From NCBI RefSeq assembly GCF_006345805.1, contig NC_042999.1:92690001-92754000 (forward strand): 64,000 bases of DNA, written 5' to 3'. The stretch is from Octopus sinensis (lineage: Eukaryota). Below the pieces are notes generated by a model. The model made no database searches and was not told the origin of the DNA. It saw only the letters and a list, made by a program, of their open reading frames with translations. Numbering within the stretch: position 1 is the first letter of the stretch; each line of letters starts with the position of its first letter. A program made the translations under genes and the position numbers. Below are positions 1-12,560 of the stretch, one piece after another.

Positions 1-149
1 GACTCTACCGCAACATATCATCAGATGAAAGGATGTGCGTATATAAGCAGAAGACCATGCGGGAATTTTAGAATGTATGTATGTATGTATGTATGTGTAT
101 ATTTAATAGTCTAGTAGATTTCTAAACAGGATGTAAGATGGTCAGATTG

Positions 150-1392
150 AGTGTATGATACGCAACTAGAATAGGTAAGCTGTGGTCGTTTATATCCCGA
201 AATAACACTAGAGCCAAAGAGAAAAACTGGCGTGACCTGTGAGCACTAAAGTACGTTTTTACTGACAATTCTGATAATTGAATTGTGGCAGAAACTTTCA
301 GGTTGAAGTAGCAAGTAAATGTGAATTAAGTAAATACTTTACGTTAAGACTAGCGAAAACTTATCACCGATACAGCAGTGAGAATTTCATGGATGGTTCA
401 TGTAAAAAATCATCACTTAGAAGCAATCCAATTTTAGGTGATGTCAAAAATGTCAACTCCATTCAGAATAATATAAATGCACATGAAAATGCAAGGGAAG
501 CAAATGTTTCTAAAGTAGAAAGACAAATTTAAAACTACTGTATCCCATCGGGAAGCAAAGTAATAGTTGAGAGATGAGAAGAATTGAAGGAGAGCCATAA
601 GGCTACATTTAAAATAAGTAAACTCATGAGAGCTGACAAAGTGACTTTGAAAAATGTAAAACAACATCTAAATGAAACCCGTAAACAAGAATTTGAAGCT
701 TACCTTCAGGATAAAATAAATATAATCCAAAATGCGTCAATCTTCCCAAGCATGGGCAATTGGAAGTGAAATAACAGAGAGGAAGTAAAGCAATCGAGGA
801 TAACTAAAAGCAAAGAATCTTAAAGATCAAATAAAAAGGTGGAAATAGCTCATCTTTAACATATTTGAACAGCTAACAAACTTCGTAGATCAACCTATTA
901 TTAGTGTTGTAGAATTTAGAAAGAAATTACTCGACAAAAGAACTAAACAAATATATCAAATACATTTCAATTGACAATGCACTAGATTTTGGCAATATGC
1001 AAGTGAAAGAGTAGAGAATGAGTACTTTTGGATCCGTTAATTAAAGTGTGTAATAAAACCATGCGCAAGTGCAACGCTGATATGAGGGGTGGGGATGGTC
1101 TGATATTAATTTTAACGGAAGGAAATCTTAATTAATTTATCGGTTATTGCACCTAAAATGCATAAGTATATTCGTCCAGGAGTGTCAACATTGTCACGAT
1201 CTTTTGCAATAGGAATACTTTTTGAAGGCATCAAAGCTCAGATCGATAAAGCTGTTAGACGTTAGAAGCCTTTTTGACTCAATCATACGAGTCAAACCGC
1301 TGTAAATACTCAGGCCATATGATATCTCAGGAACCATCATAGATGCAATCAGCATTCTCTACGAAGTTACAAATGCCCAGATTGTGATTCAG
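150..1392 (+). mobile_element. Decayed RTE-like non-LTR retrotransposon ORF2 (end of APE endonuclease, linker, start of RT)
   Basis: Translation across stops and frameshifts gives GKLWSFISRNNTRA (APE C-terminus), AYLQDKINIIQNAS (linker), IRPGVST..EGIKA and AFDSIIRVKPL*ILRPYDISGTIIDAISILYEVTNA (RT 'KAFDS' region). A short piece resembling positions 20-60 recurs at ~9265-9305. Confidence 0.7.
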
Positions 1393-1529
1393 AAATCTTT
1401 TTTCACCTTTAAATAAATGCTAAATATTACACACTTGTAACTCTCTTGTTCTCTGCAATCTTTGATTACTCGTTATGAAACGCAATTTCAAAAGCAGAAG
1501 AAACATGTTTCCAAATAGTATCTAAACTC

Positions 1530-1958
1530 ATTATGAAAGTGGAAGCACTCTACAGGTCAATAACAAGAAAGATAGACGACCTGACAGGCATTGTCTATTG
1601 GGGTCGACTAAAAAAAACCTCAATCTCTACTCTCACCAAAACCGTCGGGAGCACTATATAATTTGTGTGATGTGGAAAATATTCCGTTAATATTGCACAA
1701 CTGATGTTGGCATCAATTTTAAAATTCACGCAAGACTTGACTCCCGTACTATCTGCCCACTACAAAAATCGAACTCAGGACACATAACAACATTACGTCA
1801 CAACTACTTTACCTCAACCGGTCCAGCTTTCTTCAATACCATACTAAAATACGTCTAGAAGAAAAGGGATCCCATAAAATTCAAATGTTCACTGGAGAAA
1901 TTTCTTCAAAAACTCCCAGATCAACTTCCTACACCAGGATATGTCTCCAACAATAATA
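1530..1958 (+). mobile_element. CR1-like LINE ORF2 C-terminal fragment (same family as 12561-13378)
   Basis: YWGRLKK/LNLYSHQNRREHYIICVMWKIFR..INFKIHARL..STGPAFFN..DPIKFKCSLEKFLQKLPDQLPTPGY aligns colinearly with the C-terminus of ORF 12486..13271. Confidence 0.85.
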
Positions 1959-1962
1959 GCTA

Positions 1963-2540
1963 AACCCTCTTTTTGTCGATATCAGTATCCATACTGAAGT
2001 AGGTAGTTTCTACACAGACGGTCCACATTTCCATCAGGTTTCTTATTGGTATACTTGTGTGTTCTTTTAGATAAGTGTCTGTCACTAGTTTTTCTTGAAT
2101 CACCGATAGTGCTTCACCGGTTGAGACTTTAGTGAACATACTAATCATATCTAGACTCACTATCAGGTTGGATTCAATGGTGGTATCCTTGATCAATTCT
2201 GTCAAGTGGGTGAAATTCTTCACGTACGATGTTGAATTTCCTGCTAATGGACTGATAATATCCACAAGGAAGCGGCTCATTGGATGACATGCTGAACCTC
2301 TACAGCTAACTATAGGTCTTAATGGAATGCCATCCTTGTGAAACTTAGGGAGATGTGTGGGAGTTTACTGTAGTGTTGAGTCAGTTGTCTGTACTCCATT
2401 GGTGTAAAGTGATCTATGTTCTTGATCAAGATCTGGGACAGATTCCTGTCTGTTTTCAGAGTTGGGTCTTTCTTTGTTTTGCTGTAGCTATCATCACTTA
2501 TAAGACTTGCCAATTTTTCAGAATAGTTAATTTTCATTTT
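1963..2540 (-). mobile_element. Penelope-like element reverse transcriptase fragment
   Basis: Motifs HKDGIPLRPIVSCRGS, SYVKNFTHL, LIVSLDMISMFTKV, TTYF and KEGLA, in the order found in PLE RT, with frameshifts. Confidence 0.85.
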
Positions 2541-2757
2541 CTTAAAAAAAATTTAGTCAAATTGTTTCTCTGTCATTTACAACTGTATGCACGTATGCAT
2601 TTATGTATGTGTCTTCTCTGCCAAGAATTCACAACGACCTTGAAGAGACAGAGATAGGCAGAAACAAAGAAAATGCCCCTTTTATTTGAATACTATGCAA
2701 ATAGTCTTTTAAAAAACTTTTCATTTCATTTTTCCCAAATTTAATTGTTTTCCGTAC

Positions 2758-2799
2758 TTAGAGTTGAAAAAGTCTCAATGTCTGAAACCGGTACTAAAA
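2758..2799 (+). ncRNA. Degenerate minimal hammerhead ribozyme relic
   Basis: TTGAAAA (vs CTGANGA), agtc-tcaat-gtct stem II, GAAA, palindromic ACCGGT stem III, GTA cleavage triplet. Two core substitutions. Confidence 0.4.
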
Positions 2800-2849
2800 T
2801 ATTTTTTTGTGATAAAATTATTTTAGCATTTTCTACCTTGACTTATTTT

Positions 2850-2886
<37 letters not shown>

Positions 2887-3260
2887 TACATAAGCTTTTT
2901 TTTACTTCTTCTTGGGTGAGAATATGGAATCTTACGTCGTTTTACCTGTGCTGTTTATCACATCGGGATGATTTCGGATTAGTTACCAATGGTTCATCTC
3001 ACCATGCCATTTTGCCATCAGTTTATTGTGTTGCATGCAGAATTCGACCATTGTTTAACACACACGTGTGAAATTTGGCTGCTGGCCGCCAAGGGGTGGG
3101 GGGAAGAAATCTTCATCAAGGCGTAAAAATCGCTGAGTGAGATATCTTTTTTGTTTTATACACTTACTCTATTATGCGAGTATATATTTCTATATAATTC
3201 ATTCTTGTTTTCGTTTGTTTTAATGCTTTGGTTGTGTGTGTGTGTGTGTATACGCGAACA

Positions 3261-3377
3261 AGAGTTACGGAATGGAGTAGCTAAGATCCGGGCGACATAT
3301 ATGGTAAAAAGCCAAGGGAGGTGTGTACTGCCGGCTACTCTCCAGGGCGAGGATATCCTACTCCATTCCGTAACTCT
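3261..3377. repeat. 117-bp element bounded by a perfect 20-bp inverted repeat
   Basis: AGAGTTACGGAATGGAGTAG (3261-3280) is the exact reverse complement of 3358-3377. Confidence 0.85.
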
Positions 3378-3597
3378 AGTATTCTTATTCGCACACCCGC
3401 ATCCTCGGTTGCCTATCGTGGTATATCAAAATAAAATTTTTTTGTCAGCTCATCGTCCTTCGATACGAAAAAATCCACAACCTTTCGTCCGTCTCACTAA
3501 ACCACTATTGTTCCTGAAAGTTGTTTTTTTTTTATATTTACTACTGATTGCTTGAAGCTAACTTTCTTCCTACACCTCGATCCCTTGATCTTACATG

Positions 3598-3598
<1 letters not shown>

Positions 3599-3678
<80 letters not shown>

Positions 3679-3754
3679 TGTATGCATGTATGTATGTAAG
3701 CATGTATGTATGTATATATGTGTGTGTGTGTATGCATGCATATATGTATGTATG

Positions 3755-3785
<31 letters not shown>
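3599..3785. repeat. Compound (TA)n/(TATG)n/(TG)n microsatellite, representative of dozens in the window
   Basis: Directly visible. Similar arrays at 3938-4033, 8056-8166, 8660-8830, 9985-10175, 18690-19160, 25380-25820, 39160-39570, 41260-41490, 50480-50880 and elsewhere. Confidence 0.95.
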
Positions 3786-4033
3786 TTTGCCAGAAGCTTT
3801 ATTATAAGGCGCTTGCCCAAGATGCCTTTGACAACATGGTTAGGGACAAAGCTCCTTGCCCACACATCCACATTACAACTTCGGATCTTGACTGCCCCTA
3901 AATGTATTCTCTTCATTTGTTTAGTCTTTTACTATAGATACATACATACATACATACATACATACATACATACATACATACATACTACATACATACATAC
4001 ATACATACATACATACATACATACATACATACA

Positions 4034-4247
4034 TACGAGGAAGTACTGAAAAGTTCCTGGCTTTGTGTAAAAAAATACAGAAGAATAAGTTAATTGTGGT
4101 ATTATTCAACATATTCTCTCAGGTTCACAGACTTATTGCGGCGGTTTTTCAGTTTGTCTAAGTCCCGTAAAAGAACTCGAAATGTTGTGTCTCTAAACAA
4201 GCCTTTCGCGATACCTAAGGCCAGGATCTTTTCAGTACTCTCTCGTA
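4034..4247. mobile_element. Mariner-derived MITE with 28-bp TIRs and TA ends, inserted in (TACA)n
   Basis: Left TACGAGGAAGTACTGAAAAGTTCCTGGC vs right (rc) TACGAGAGAGTACTGAAAAGATCCTGGC, 3 mismatches. A second copy is at 17232-17450. Confidence 0.9.
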
Positions 4248-4785
4248 CATACATACATATAATAAGTGTGCGTGGATGTGTGTGATCAGGAACATCAAGC
4301 AAAGTATCGTATAATAAATATGGTAAACGGGGATCAGAGTTCATTGAAGTGAAGTCTACGACCTAGTTTGACGTACGATATTGACTGTTGATTCATTAAT
4401 TTGTTTTTTTTTGTTATTATTTAATATTGCTGTGTTAGTTCGTTTTCAGTAATATGATTTAATGCGACAGAATCTTTCTTTTGCAGCTGTATGTAATGAC
4501 TGCTTGGTTAAACACGTATTTCGGAAAATATAGATTATTCTGCATTGAGTAGATCTATGGAAATTTGCTTTCAAATGTTCAACATAAGAGATACAGAGCA
4601 CGAAAGACTTGTCACCGAGTGAAATATGTTCAAACCGGAAATAACATAAGTTATATATGCAGTAAGAATTTTGCGAAAGCGAAGCTAAAATAACTATGGT
4701 TACATGCTAAAATGGTAGACAAGTCAAAGGCACCTTGACAGTTACTCTGTAGCATGAAGATGCAAACAATAAATTACCAAAAATG

Positions 4786-4824
<39 letters not shown>

Positions 4825-7661
4825 GTATGTGTACAACTATGTATGCATAGATGTATGTACGTGCGTATGTATATAAATGTGCGCGTGTGTATGCGTGCAT
4901 GTGTGTGTGAGTGTGTATGTATGTATGTATGTATGCATGTATGTATATATATTTATATATATAAGATATTTGGAAATCGAGAAAATTGGACAAATGGTTA
5001 ACTGGATTGATTTATTGTGTTCCGAAATTCAGATTACGCAATCTGTCATGTTTAACTTTATATTTAAATAGCTTTTTGGACAGAAAAGTAAGTAAGATAT
5101 AATTAAATACAATTTATCAAACATATCTCTTGCTACTTATAAACTAAGTCTATATCAATAGAAAAGAGAATGAGAATTTGAAATGTGAGTCATATAATCC
5201 GTCAATGTATAACAGACATGTAGTTGTTATCATGTATGTTAAGTCGATTAAGTACTTTATAGAACTCATTATACTTGCTTAGAATTATGTGCAAGTTTGA
5301 AATCAGGTCTGCTAACAAACAGAAATATGCACACTTCGGTTAGACTCCGATACTTTTGCTGTCGATAAAGATATGCTCTGTCCACTTGGACAGAATAAGG
5401 ATAATTACCCCCAATTGAAACTTTTACTAATTCCATCCACATGCAGAGGAAACAAGTAAAGTTTGAGTGTCTTCGTAGGCGTCACGCAGTATTGAGGATC
5501 AATGAAATACGGAATATAAAAGCTTTCACCATATAAGGTTTATTCTAATGATTCGGCAACGAAACATGTTTTCATGTATTATCGAGGATAACTTCAATTA
5601 TTGAGCCTATTTATGATATCAATATTAGGATATTGATGAACTTCTAAGAATAATGAGTAGAATTTTTTCTTGATACAATTGCTAGAGTGGCCGGTGAAAT
5701 GATTTGTGGTATTCTGTTTGGTAGTTTTAATTTCTATGTTCAAATCTTATCAAATCTGTTTTTATTTTTAATCACTCAGAGTACGATTAGAAAGAATCCA
5801 TAGAGATCTTGGTTTGAATTAATCGCTTATACTTACAGCACAAGATTCACCTTGTGATAATATCAGAAACTACACCAAAAGAGTAGTCTTACAAAAACGG
5901 TACATTGATAAACTAAATGGCTTGCAGGATTCAAAATTATTTAGAATGTAAATATATTTAACATACGTCCAGATTTAAAATCACTTCGATAAAATCTTGT
6001 CGATAAAATATGTAGGACTGGCAAACTGGGATCAATTAAATCGGCAAAACCTGTCTTCGGAACATTTATGGTCTTGTGTCAATATAAGAAATCAGTATTT
6101 ATCTAAATGTTTTTGTTAAAGTGAAATAATTGCTAAACAGACAGTTAGATATAAAAGTGGAATGAAATATAAATGAAAATAAAGAGGAGATACATTGGAA
6201 ATTTATCTTTTAAAGTGCTCTGAACATCATGATTATTATGCTGAAATTCGCTGTCGTTTCTGATACTTAATCTCCTGTCAGATCTATACCTCAAAGGTTT
6301 CAACTATTTTGATTATGTACAACTGTCAGTGTAGCTATGTTATTTTGAATTATACAGTATTTTATTGGATTTAAAGACATTTACTTCAGGCTGGTTATAA
6401 TGGTGTTTTGAATACTGCTTATCTCTAGATTATTTCGAGATTCATAGATTAGTATTGTATCGTTCTTAGGTTCAAACGGCTATTGACATTCTGCTTTTTC
6501 GAGTTTAGTATTTCCAACATTAGTGATATATCGTAAACATATTTCCTAGCCTCTAACTTTTATATTGTGCTGGAAATCAATAAAACATGTTAAGAAGTTA
6601 ACGACAGACTAAAATATGTTACTGAAGTTACTGAGGCATCATGGAGTGCTGAAGTTGCGTTCGATTCTCTACCATAATGATAAATTACTACAAAATGAAT
6701 TGTACTACGAACATACTATTGCAAGAGTACAACAGAAGATCATGCAGACCTTTGTGACATACAGGTAGCTACTTCAACTGTCCTATTTGGCTGTGCACAT
6801 TGAACTTTTATATATTCAGTTCACTCCAGATCACACAGGCGCGTCTAAAGCATCTTCACCATTTTCTATGTTTCCATTGACGTCTCGGTTCAGCTCTTAT
6901 ATCAACTTCAAACTTCTTATATTGCGCCGTAATATTAGTACAAGATCTCGCATATTGTGAGAAAACACCGACACGAATGGAGGGAGAGATTGACACCTGC
7001 ACACACGCACATACATACACATATACACACAGACAAGCACGCACACAAACACACACACAGGCATACACGAAGATAGGAACATATAACATAAACTCGACAT
7101 AAAATACACACATAAAAGGCCCACACATTCGCTCATATATTCTCTTACGCATAAAACAACGGTAAGGGCGATATTGGCACAGTTTTTGCTTATGTAGTTG
7201 GTTCTTGGTTAATGAAGGTCAGTAATGACACTGTCTTCTCATATTTTCTTTATAATGAAATTATGACGTTGCTATGTAAAGAAAAAACAGTCTTCTACTA
7301 TGTGAAATTAAATAAAAAAAACTTAGAAAGGGTAAGACATATGTCCGCTCGATATGATGAAAATAAGAATCAAATCTCCAAAAAATCATACTTTACTAGC
7401 AGAATTAAAAGCTATTTGCACTTAATGAAGAATAAGCGAGCTTACTTCGAGTGCGACTCGAAATAATAGCAATAAGAGCCAAGTACCCAGATGCTAATGT
7501 GTCGATATATATATATACTGATAGGGCACAGAAAGTGTGCCAAAAGCCAGCTGGAGGAGGTGTCCTCCTGGGGCTATAACCTACAGTAGCATCCACACTT
7601 AGGGTTTAGACACATTTAAGTGGCAAATATACTTCACGATATATATATGTGTGTGTGTGTG

Positions 7662-7741
<80 letters not shown>

Positions 7742-8064
7742 AATATTGGCAGATAGGGATGCTGGTTAACCTATGTGAGTGTATAAGAATATCCAGTTAG
7801 TTTGATTTACTAACCTCATTCTATCATCACATCGGCAAATACATATGACTCTATAGAGACTGCATTTTGCCGGTAGAGAAAATAATGAATTTATAATTAA
7901 GGAGAACAGAGATTTATATCCAGCTTTATTCAGCAATCAATTGCTTCTTTTCTTTGCTGCAGAAACATGTGTAGGTGCTGAAACGAAAGGAAGTAATTAA
8001 CTGCTGAGTAAAACTGGATATAAATCTCTATTCTCCTTTATTATAAATTCATTATATACATATA

Positions 8065-8134
<70 letters not shown>

Positions 8135-8736
8135 TATATATATATTATATATATATATATATATGTGTGTGTTGATTCACTGGGAGCGATAAATTACAGG
8201 ACTCACTGCAAAAGTAAAAGAATTCTTTCATACGTTACAACTGAAAAGTAAACCGAGCATTGTTTTCTTCTGGATATCGAGTGCCTGGAGAATTTTTTGA
8301 AATATGAAATGAAAGTCAAACGAAAGCGCATATCCTTATGTTCTTTCGTTTAAACACATTTCTGAACGACACGTGCGTAAGTGGTTGCTCCGGGGTCACA
8401 CTTTCGATTTCAGTTGAGGTTCTCATGGTAATATTATAAACGTCACAAAATTCATACAATCGAAATCATGCAATTGCGTTGCAGTTTAAGCAATGTTCGA
8501 AAATAATACCTTTAAGTGATATTTTTAATTAATAATTTTAATTACTGTTTTTTAAACAAAGTATGTACATGTGGGTGTTCATTTTGCACGCGCCTTTGCA
8601 AACGCATACATATACACATATTGACACTCATAGACACACATATGCTTAGACTTATATGTTCATGCATACATACATACATACATACATACATGCATGCATC
8701 ATACATGCATGCATACATACATACATACATACATAT

Positions 8737-8832
<96 letters not shown>

Positions 8833-8897
8833 TCACTTCAAACGAACTTTTGCAGGCATGATGGGGGAGAATGTTGGTAGTAATTTAGCTGACGGAC

Positions 8898-8955
8898 TTT
8901 GGTTGATGAGAAATCAGGCACCTTGTTAGCGCTAAATTTCGAAACCGGTACCAGG
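8898..8955 (+). ncRNA. Type I minimal hammerhead ribozyme (PLE/dimer type), near-canonical
   Basis: tttgg-TTGATGA-gaaat[21 nt]atttc-GAAA-ccgg-TA-ccagg. Stems I, II and III all pair. The only core deviation is C3->U. Stem III is the palindrome ACCGGT and the cleavage triplet is GUA. Confidence 0.7.
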
Positions 8956-9459
8956 TTGACCAGCATTTACTTGTCCTGACCCATTTGAGTTAACACATTA
9001 TTATTATTCACTGATATTTTTTCATATCATGGCTGTAATGGATTTGTGACTATTCGGTGGTACAGAAGAACTTCTTCAGTTCTATCTTTAGCGATATAGG
9101 TACTCATGTAGTACCCTTGTGTATATATGTACATACATAATATTGTATGTATATATTTTATTAATTTGCCTGTACGGCTGATAATTCGCTTACCACTCGT
9201 GATGGTATTTTAATAATACCATCCCTATATTTAATTATATATATATATATACATACATGCACACCAGATGAAAGGATAAGCCTATATGAACAGAAGACTA
9301 TGCTTGGACTTTTTAGTAGAAAGCTCCGTGATGATAGTAACAATCTGTAAAAGTTTCCAGGAGTTCATCATTTAAATATATATGAGCATGTCTAGATACG
9401 TAACTCTATGCATGACAATATAAATATAAAACATAGAAATCTGCACATACATACAAACA

Positions 9460-9981
9460 TGGTGGCTGCCCCCTCGTTGTCGAGTATGCCCATTGCACGA
9501 AGCTTAATCAATGTTGTTATCGTGCAATGCCTGTGCAAGAAGATTTTGTTTTAAAGTGAGGAAAGGCTGTGCACTGAGTCAATCCCACTCACTAAGCAAT
9601 AGCAGCCATAATCCGAAAAGAAGAACAAGTCAACATCATCGGTAACCACTGAGCCGCAGGTTTTATGTCGGAGTTATCCCAGTTACCTTCCCCTAGAAGG
9701 ACCCCCTAACAAAGGCTAGGAATCCTTCACTCCCAATGGTTTAACCGCGCGATTGGATATTCAGCCCGATTATTTCTGTCCCCGCACATGATACATCCTT
9801 AAGATGTTTATTGGATGGCCGTTGACTCTGAAGAATTCCTCCGCCCTTTGACGGGTTTTGTTTTTCATCCCGCAGGGTATCCAATAAACACCCTCCTCAC
9901 CAAGCAAGCTTGGTGGGGTTGCCGGTTTAGCCGCCGATGACCCGACCATGCAACAGGTTGTACTGGGTTACATGTTACCAG
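9460..9981 (-). mobile_element. Probable 5' region (UTR) of an RTE-type LINE
   Basis: The minus strand contains ctagcctttgttagggggtccttctaggggaaggtaactgggataactccgacataaaacct, resembling RTE 5' regions (recalled pattern, no search run). GC-richer than the flanks, with several hairpins. Confidence 0.5.
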
Positions 9982-10959
9982 TAACACATACAAACATACA
10001 TACATGCATACATACATACATACATACATACATACACACATATATATATATAGATATACATACACACATACATACAGACATACATACACACATCCATACA
10101 TACACACATACATACATACATACATACATACATACATACATACATACATACATACATACATACATACATACATACACATGCACTCATGCCTTTATGCATA
10201 TAATCACACATAAAGGGGCACTCACACATATTAAAGTATATATCAATAAAACCTATATATTAAAAATCTGAAAAAAAAGCAACGGTTTTTTTCTTCCTGA
10301 ACCAGAGCAGAATTCACAGAATTGAGTAAAAATTCTCACTTTATCGCGCAAACAAAGTTCACACCGCATCTATGATTTGAATCGCCCGCCCCTGCATGGC
10401 TGCGCATTATCTACAACAAACCCGGTAAACTTGTTGGCGTCAACGTGTCCTCAGCGGACATTCATTGTAGAAGGAGGCAGGGACAAACTGCAAGTGCGTG
10501 TTAAGCCATTTGGTGTTTAGTACGAAAAGAAAAATATCTTACCGTCTAACCATGCTGAATATATATATGCATAAACATATACGTATAAAATATTTGTATA
10601 TTTATACCTACTTACCTACATATGCATACATATATGTTTATGTGTGTGTGCAAGTGTATGTGCGTGTGTGCGTGTGTGCGCATGTGTGCTCATGTGTGCG
10701 TATGTGTGTTTTAGATTGGCATCAGTAGTGTGTTACACATTTTTTTTTTATCAAAGTACTTTGAAGTATATTTCTCAAGTTTATCAAAATTTCTAGAAGT
10801 GATATTGACGAATCTTTGTAGTGGGTGTGTGTGAATATAATCGAATTAATATTTTTAGATCTATACATAGTCACTTTTGTGTTTATAATGTTTTTGATCA
10901 GAGAAAGTTGTCTGGCACCTTGTGGAGAACCTCTCCAAAATGTCAAAGGGGTGTTAGAC

Positions 10960-11075
10960 TGGGTGAGAGATCAAGTCTGCCGTTCTTGGTGGGATTTGAA
11001 ATCAGAACTCGAAGATCCGGGAACAAATACTACAAATCGATCGATCAGACGTTGTCAGAGTTTTGCCACCTAATA
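10960..11075 (-). mobile_element. Highly degenerate SINE head (family C-like)
   Basis: rc reads ggtggcaaaactctgacaacgt...gagttctgatttcaaatcccacc, resembling the head of the copies at 29483-29707 and 26926-27095. Confidence 0.4.
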
Positions 11076-12123
11076 TTCATATTTTTGAAAATCGATTTCG
11101 ATAAGAGGCCAGCGTATAATTTGAACGTAGAATGCAGAATCGGATCAAATACACATTTTATCTAGTGCTTTAACAGCTCGGACTATTCGCAGCCTATATC
11201 AGAGAGACGTACTTTTTCTTCAGTTTTCCCGTGTCCTTTTTTTTTCTGTTTAATATATTACACTACAAATTGTTCTTGTTATGAATGGATTGTGAGTCAG
11301 CCAGAAAGTGTGTAACTTGTATATATCGAGTCATGAAGTTATCAGCGTTCACGTTTGCAATATTTTTTTCTAATCACATTAGCTAGTAGTATATTGTTCT
11401 CGGTATTAGAGAATATGATTTGTTACTGATAAGAATAGTTTAAACAGCAATATGTCTTTAGTACACATTTAATGTTAGTCTACAGCTTCAGTTAATGTAT
11501 CTTGTATTATGTTTTATTTTATTATTCCTATTTTTTTGATAAAGTGGTTATCTGGTCTCTAGTAAGTAGACATTTGATACTTATAATATATTTACGTGTT
11601 GTTTGTTTATTATATAATATATAGCGTCTGCTAATTTATTGCATTATTTTTGTGTCTGTATTTTTCTATGACTTTGAATAACCGATACTGATTAGCGTTT
11701 GTTTTATGATATGTCTTTCTCTTGTGCTTTGTTTATGAGAAATAATCTTAAATACCCTACTCAATAAGGATTTTACGACGGATGTCTTTTGTTGTTTTTT
11801 TTATCTAAGTAAGCTATGTCACTGAGTTCTCAGTGACAAATTTTAGTAAAAATGTCGGTAATTAACTTTTATAAGCGGTTCGAAGGCGTTTACTGTTAGC
11901 TTCAGTTTTGTATCCTCGAAGCTGGTTGATACCAGGTTGATTTTTATTGTTATTTGAAGGCCAACTACCTTCGTATTTACATTTACTTTCCCGCCAGCCG
12001 CCAAACGTCATTAAAGATATATCTATAGCATTATGTTAACGTATAAGCGGTCTCATTAGGTATATATGTTATAAAGGTAGGTAGGTGAATAACACACACA
12101 TATGTATATAATCTTTTTTTTTT

Positions 12124-12527
12124 TTTACTCTTTTTACTTGTTTCAGTCATTTGACTGTGGCCATGCTGGAGCACCACCTTTTAGTCGAGCAAATCGACCC
12201 AGGTCTTATTCTTTGTAAGCCTAGTACTTATTCTAACGGTCTCTTTTGCCGAACCGCTAAGTTACGGGGACGTGAGCACACCAGCATCGGTTGTCAAGCG
12301 ATGTTGGGGGGACAAACACTGACACACAAACATATACACATACACATACATATATATACATATATACGACGGGCTTCTTTCAGTTTCCGTCTACCAAATT
12401 CACTCACAAGGCTTTGGTCGGCCCGAGGCTATAGTAGAAGACACTTGCCCAAGGTGCCACGCAGTGGGACTGAACCCGGAACCATGTGGTTCGTAAGCAA
12501 GCTACTTACCACACAGCCACTCCTATA
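12124..12527 (-). mobile_element. Full-length tRNA-derived SINE, family A (CORE-like body, internal microsatellite)
   Basis: rc has an A/B-box head (gtggctgtgtggtaag..ggttcagtccc), ccttgggcaagtgtc core, internal (TG/TA)n and tail gctccagcatggccacagtcaaatgactgaaacaagtaaaaaga. At least 10 related copies occur in the window. Confidence 0.9.
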
Positions 12528-12560
12528 TACAAGTATGTATGTATATATATATATATATAT

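Noticed and set aside
3497-4112. Long ORFs rich in YI/CV/HT/MYVC (also 9865-10271, 13624-14057, 18668-19910, 25371-25825, 39158-40434, 50441-50989 and others)
   Set aside because: Translations of (TA)n, (CA)n and (TACA)n microsatellites, which lack stops in several frames.
7963-7992. 30-nt microexon candidate (TCVGAETKG)
   Set aside because: Good acceptor but only a moderate donor. Such matches are expected by chance in 64 kb.
8849-8930. Exon candidate [15 protein letters not shown] after ttttgcag
   Set aside because: It has no donor and is better explained by the overlapping hammerhead-containing repeat.
10825-11073. Exon or ORF ESCLAPCGEPLQNVKGVLDW with AG/GTGAGA borders
   Set aside because: It largely overlaps a degenerate minus-strand SINE and no product is recognisable.
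11817-11838. Perfect 10-bp palindrome tgtcactgag-tt-ctcagtgaca
   Set aside because: Too short and isolated to exceed chance convincingly.
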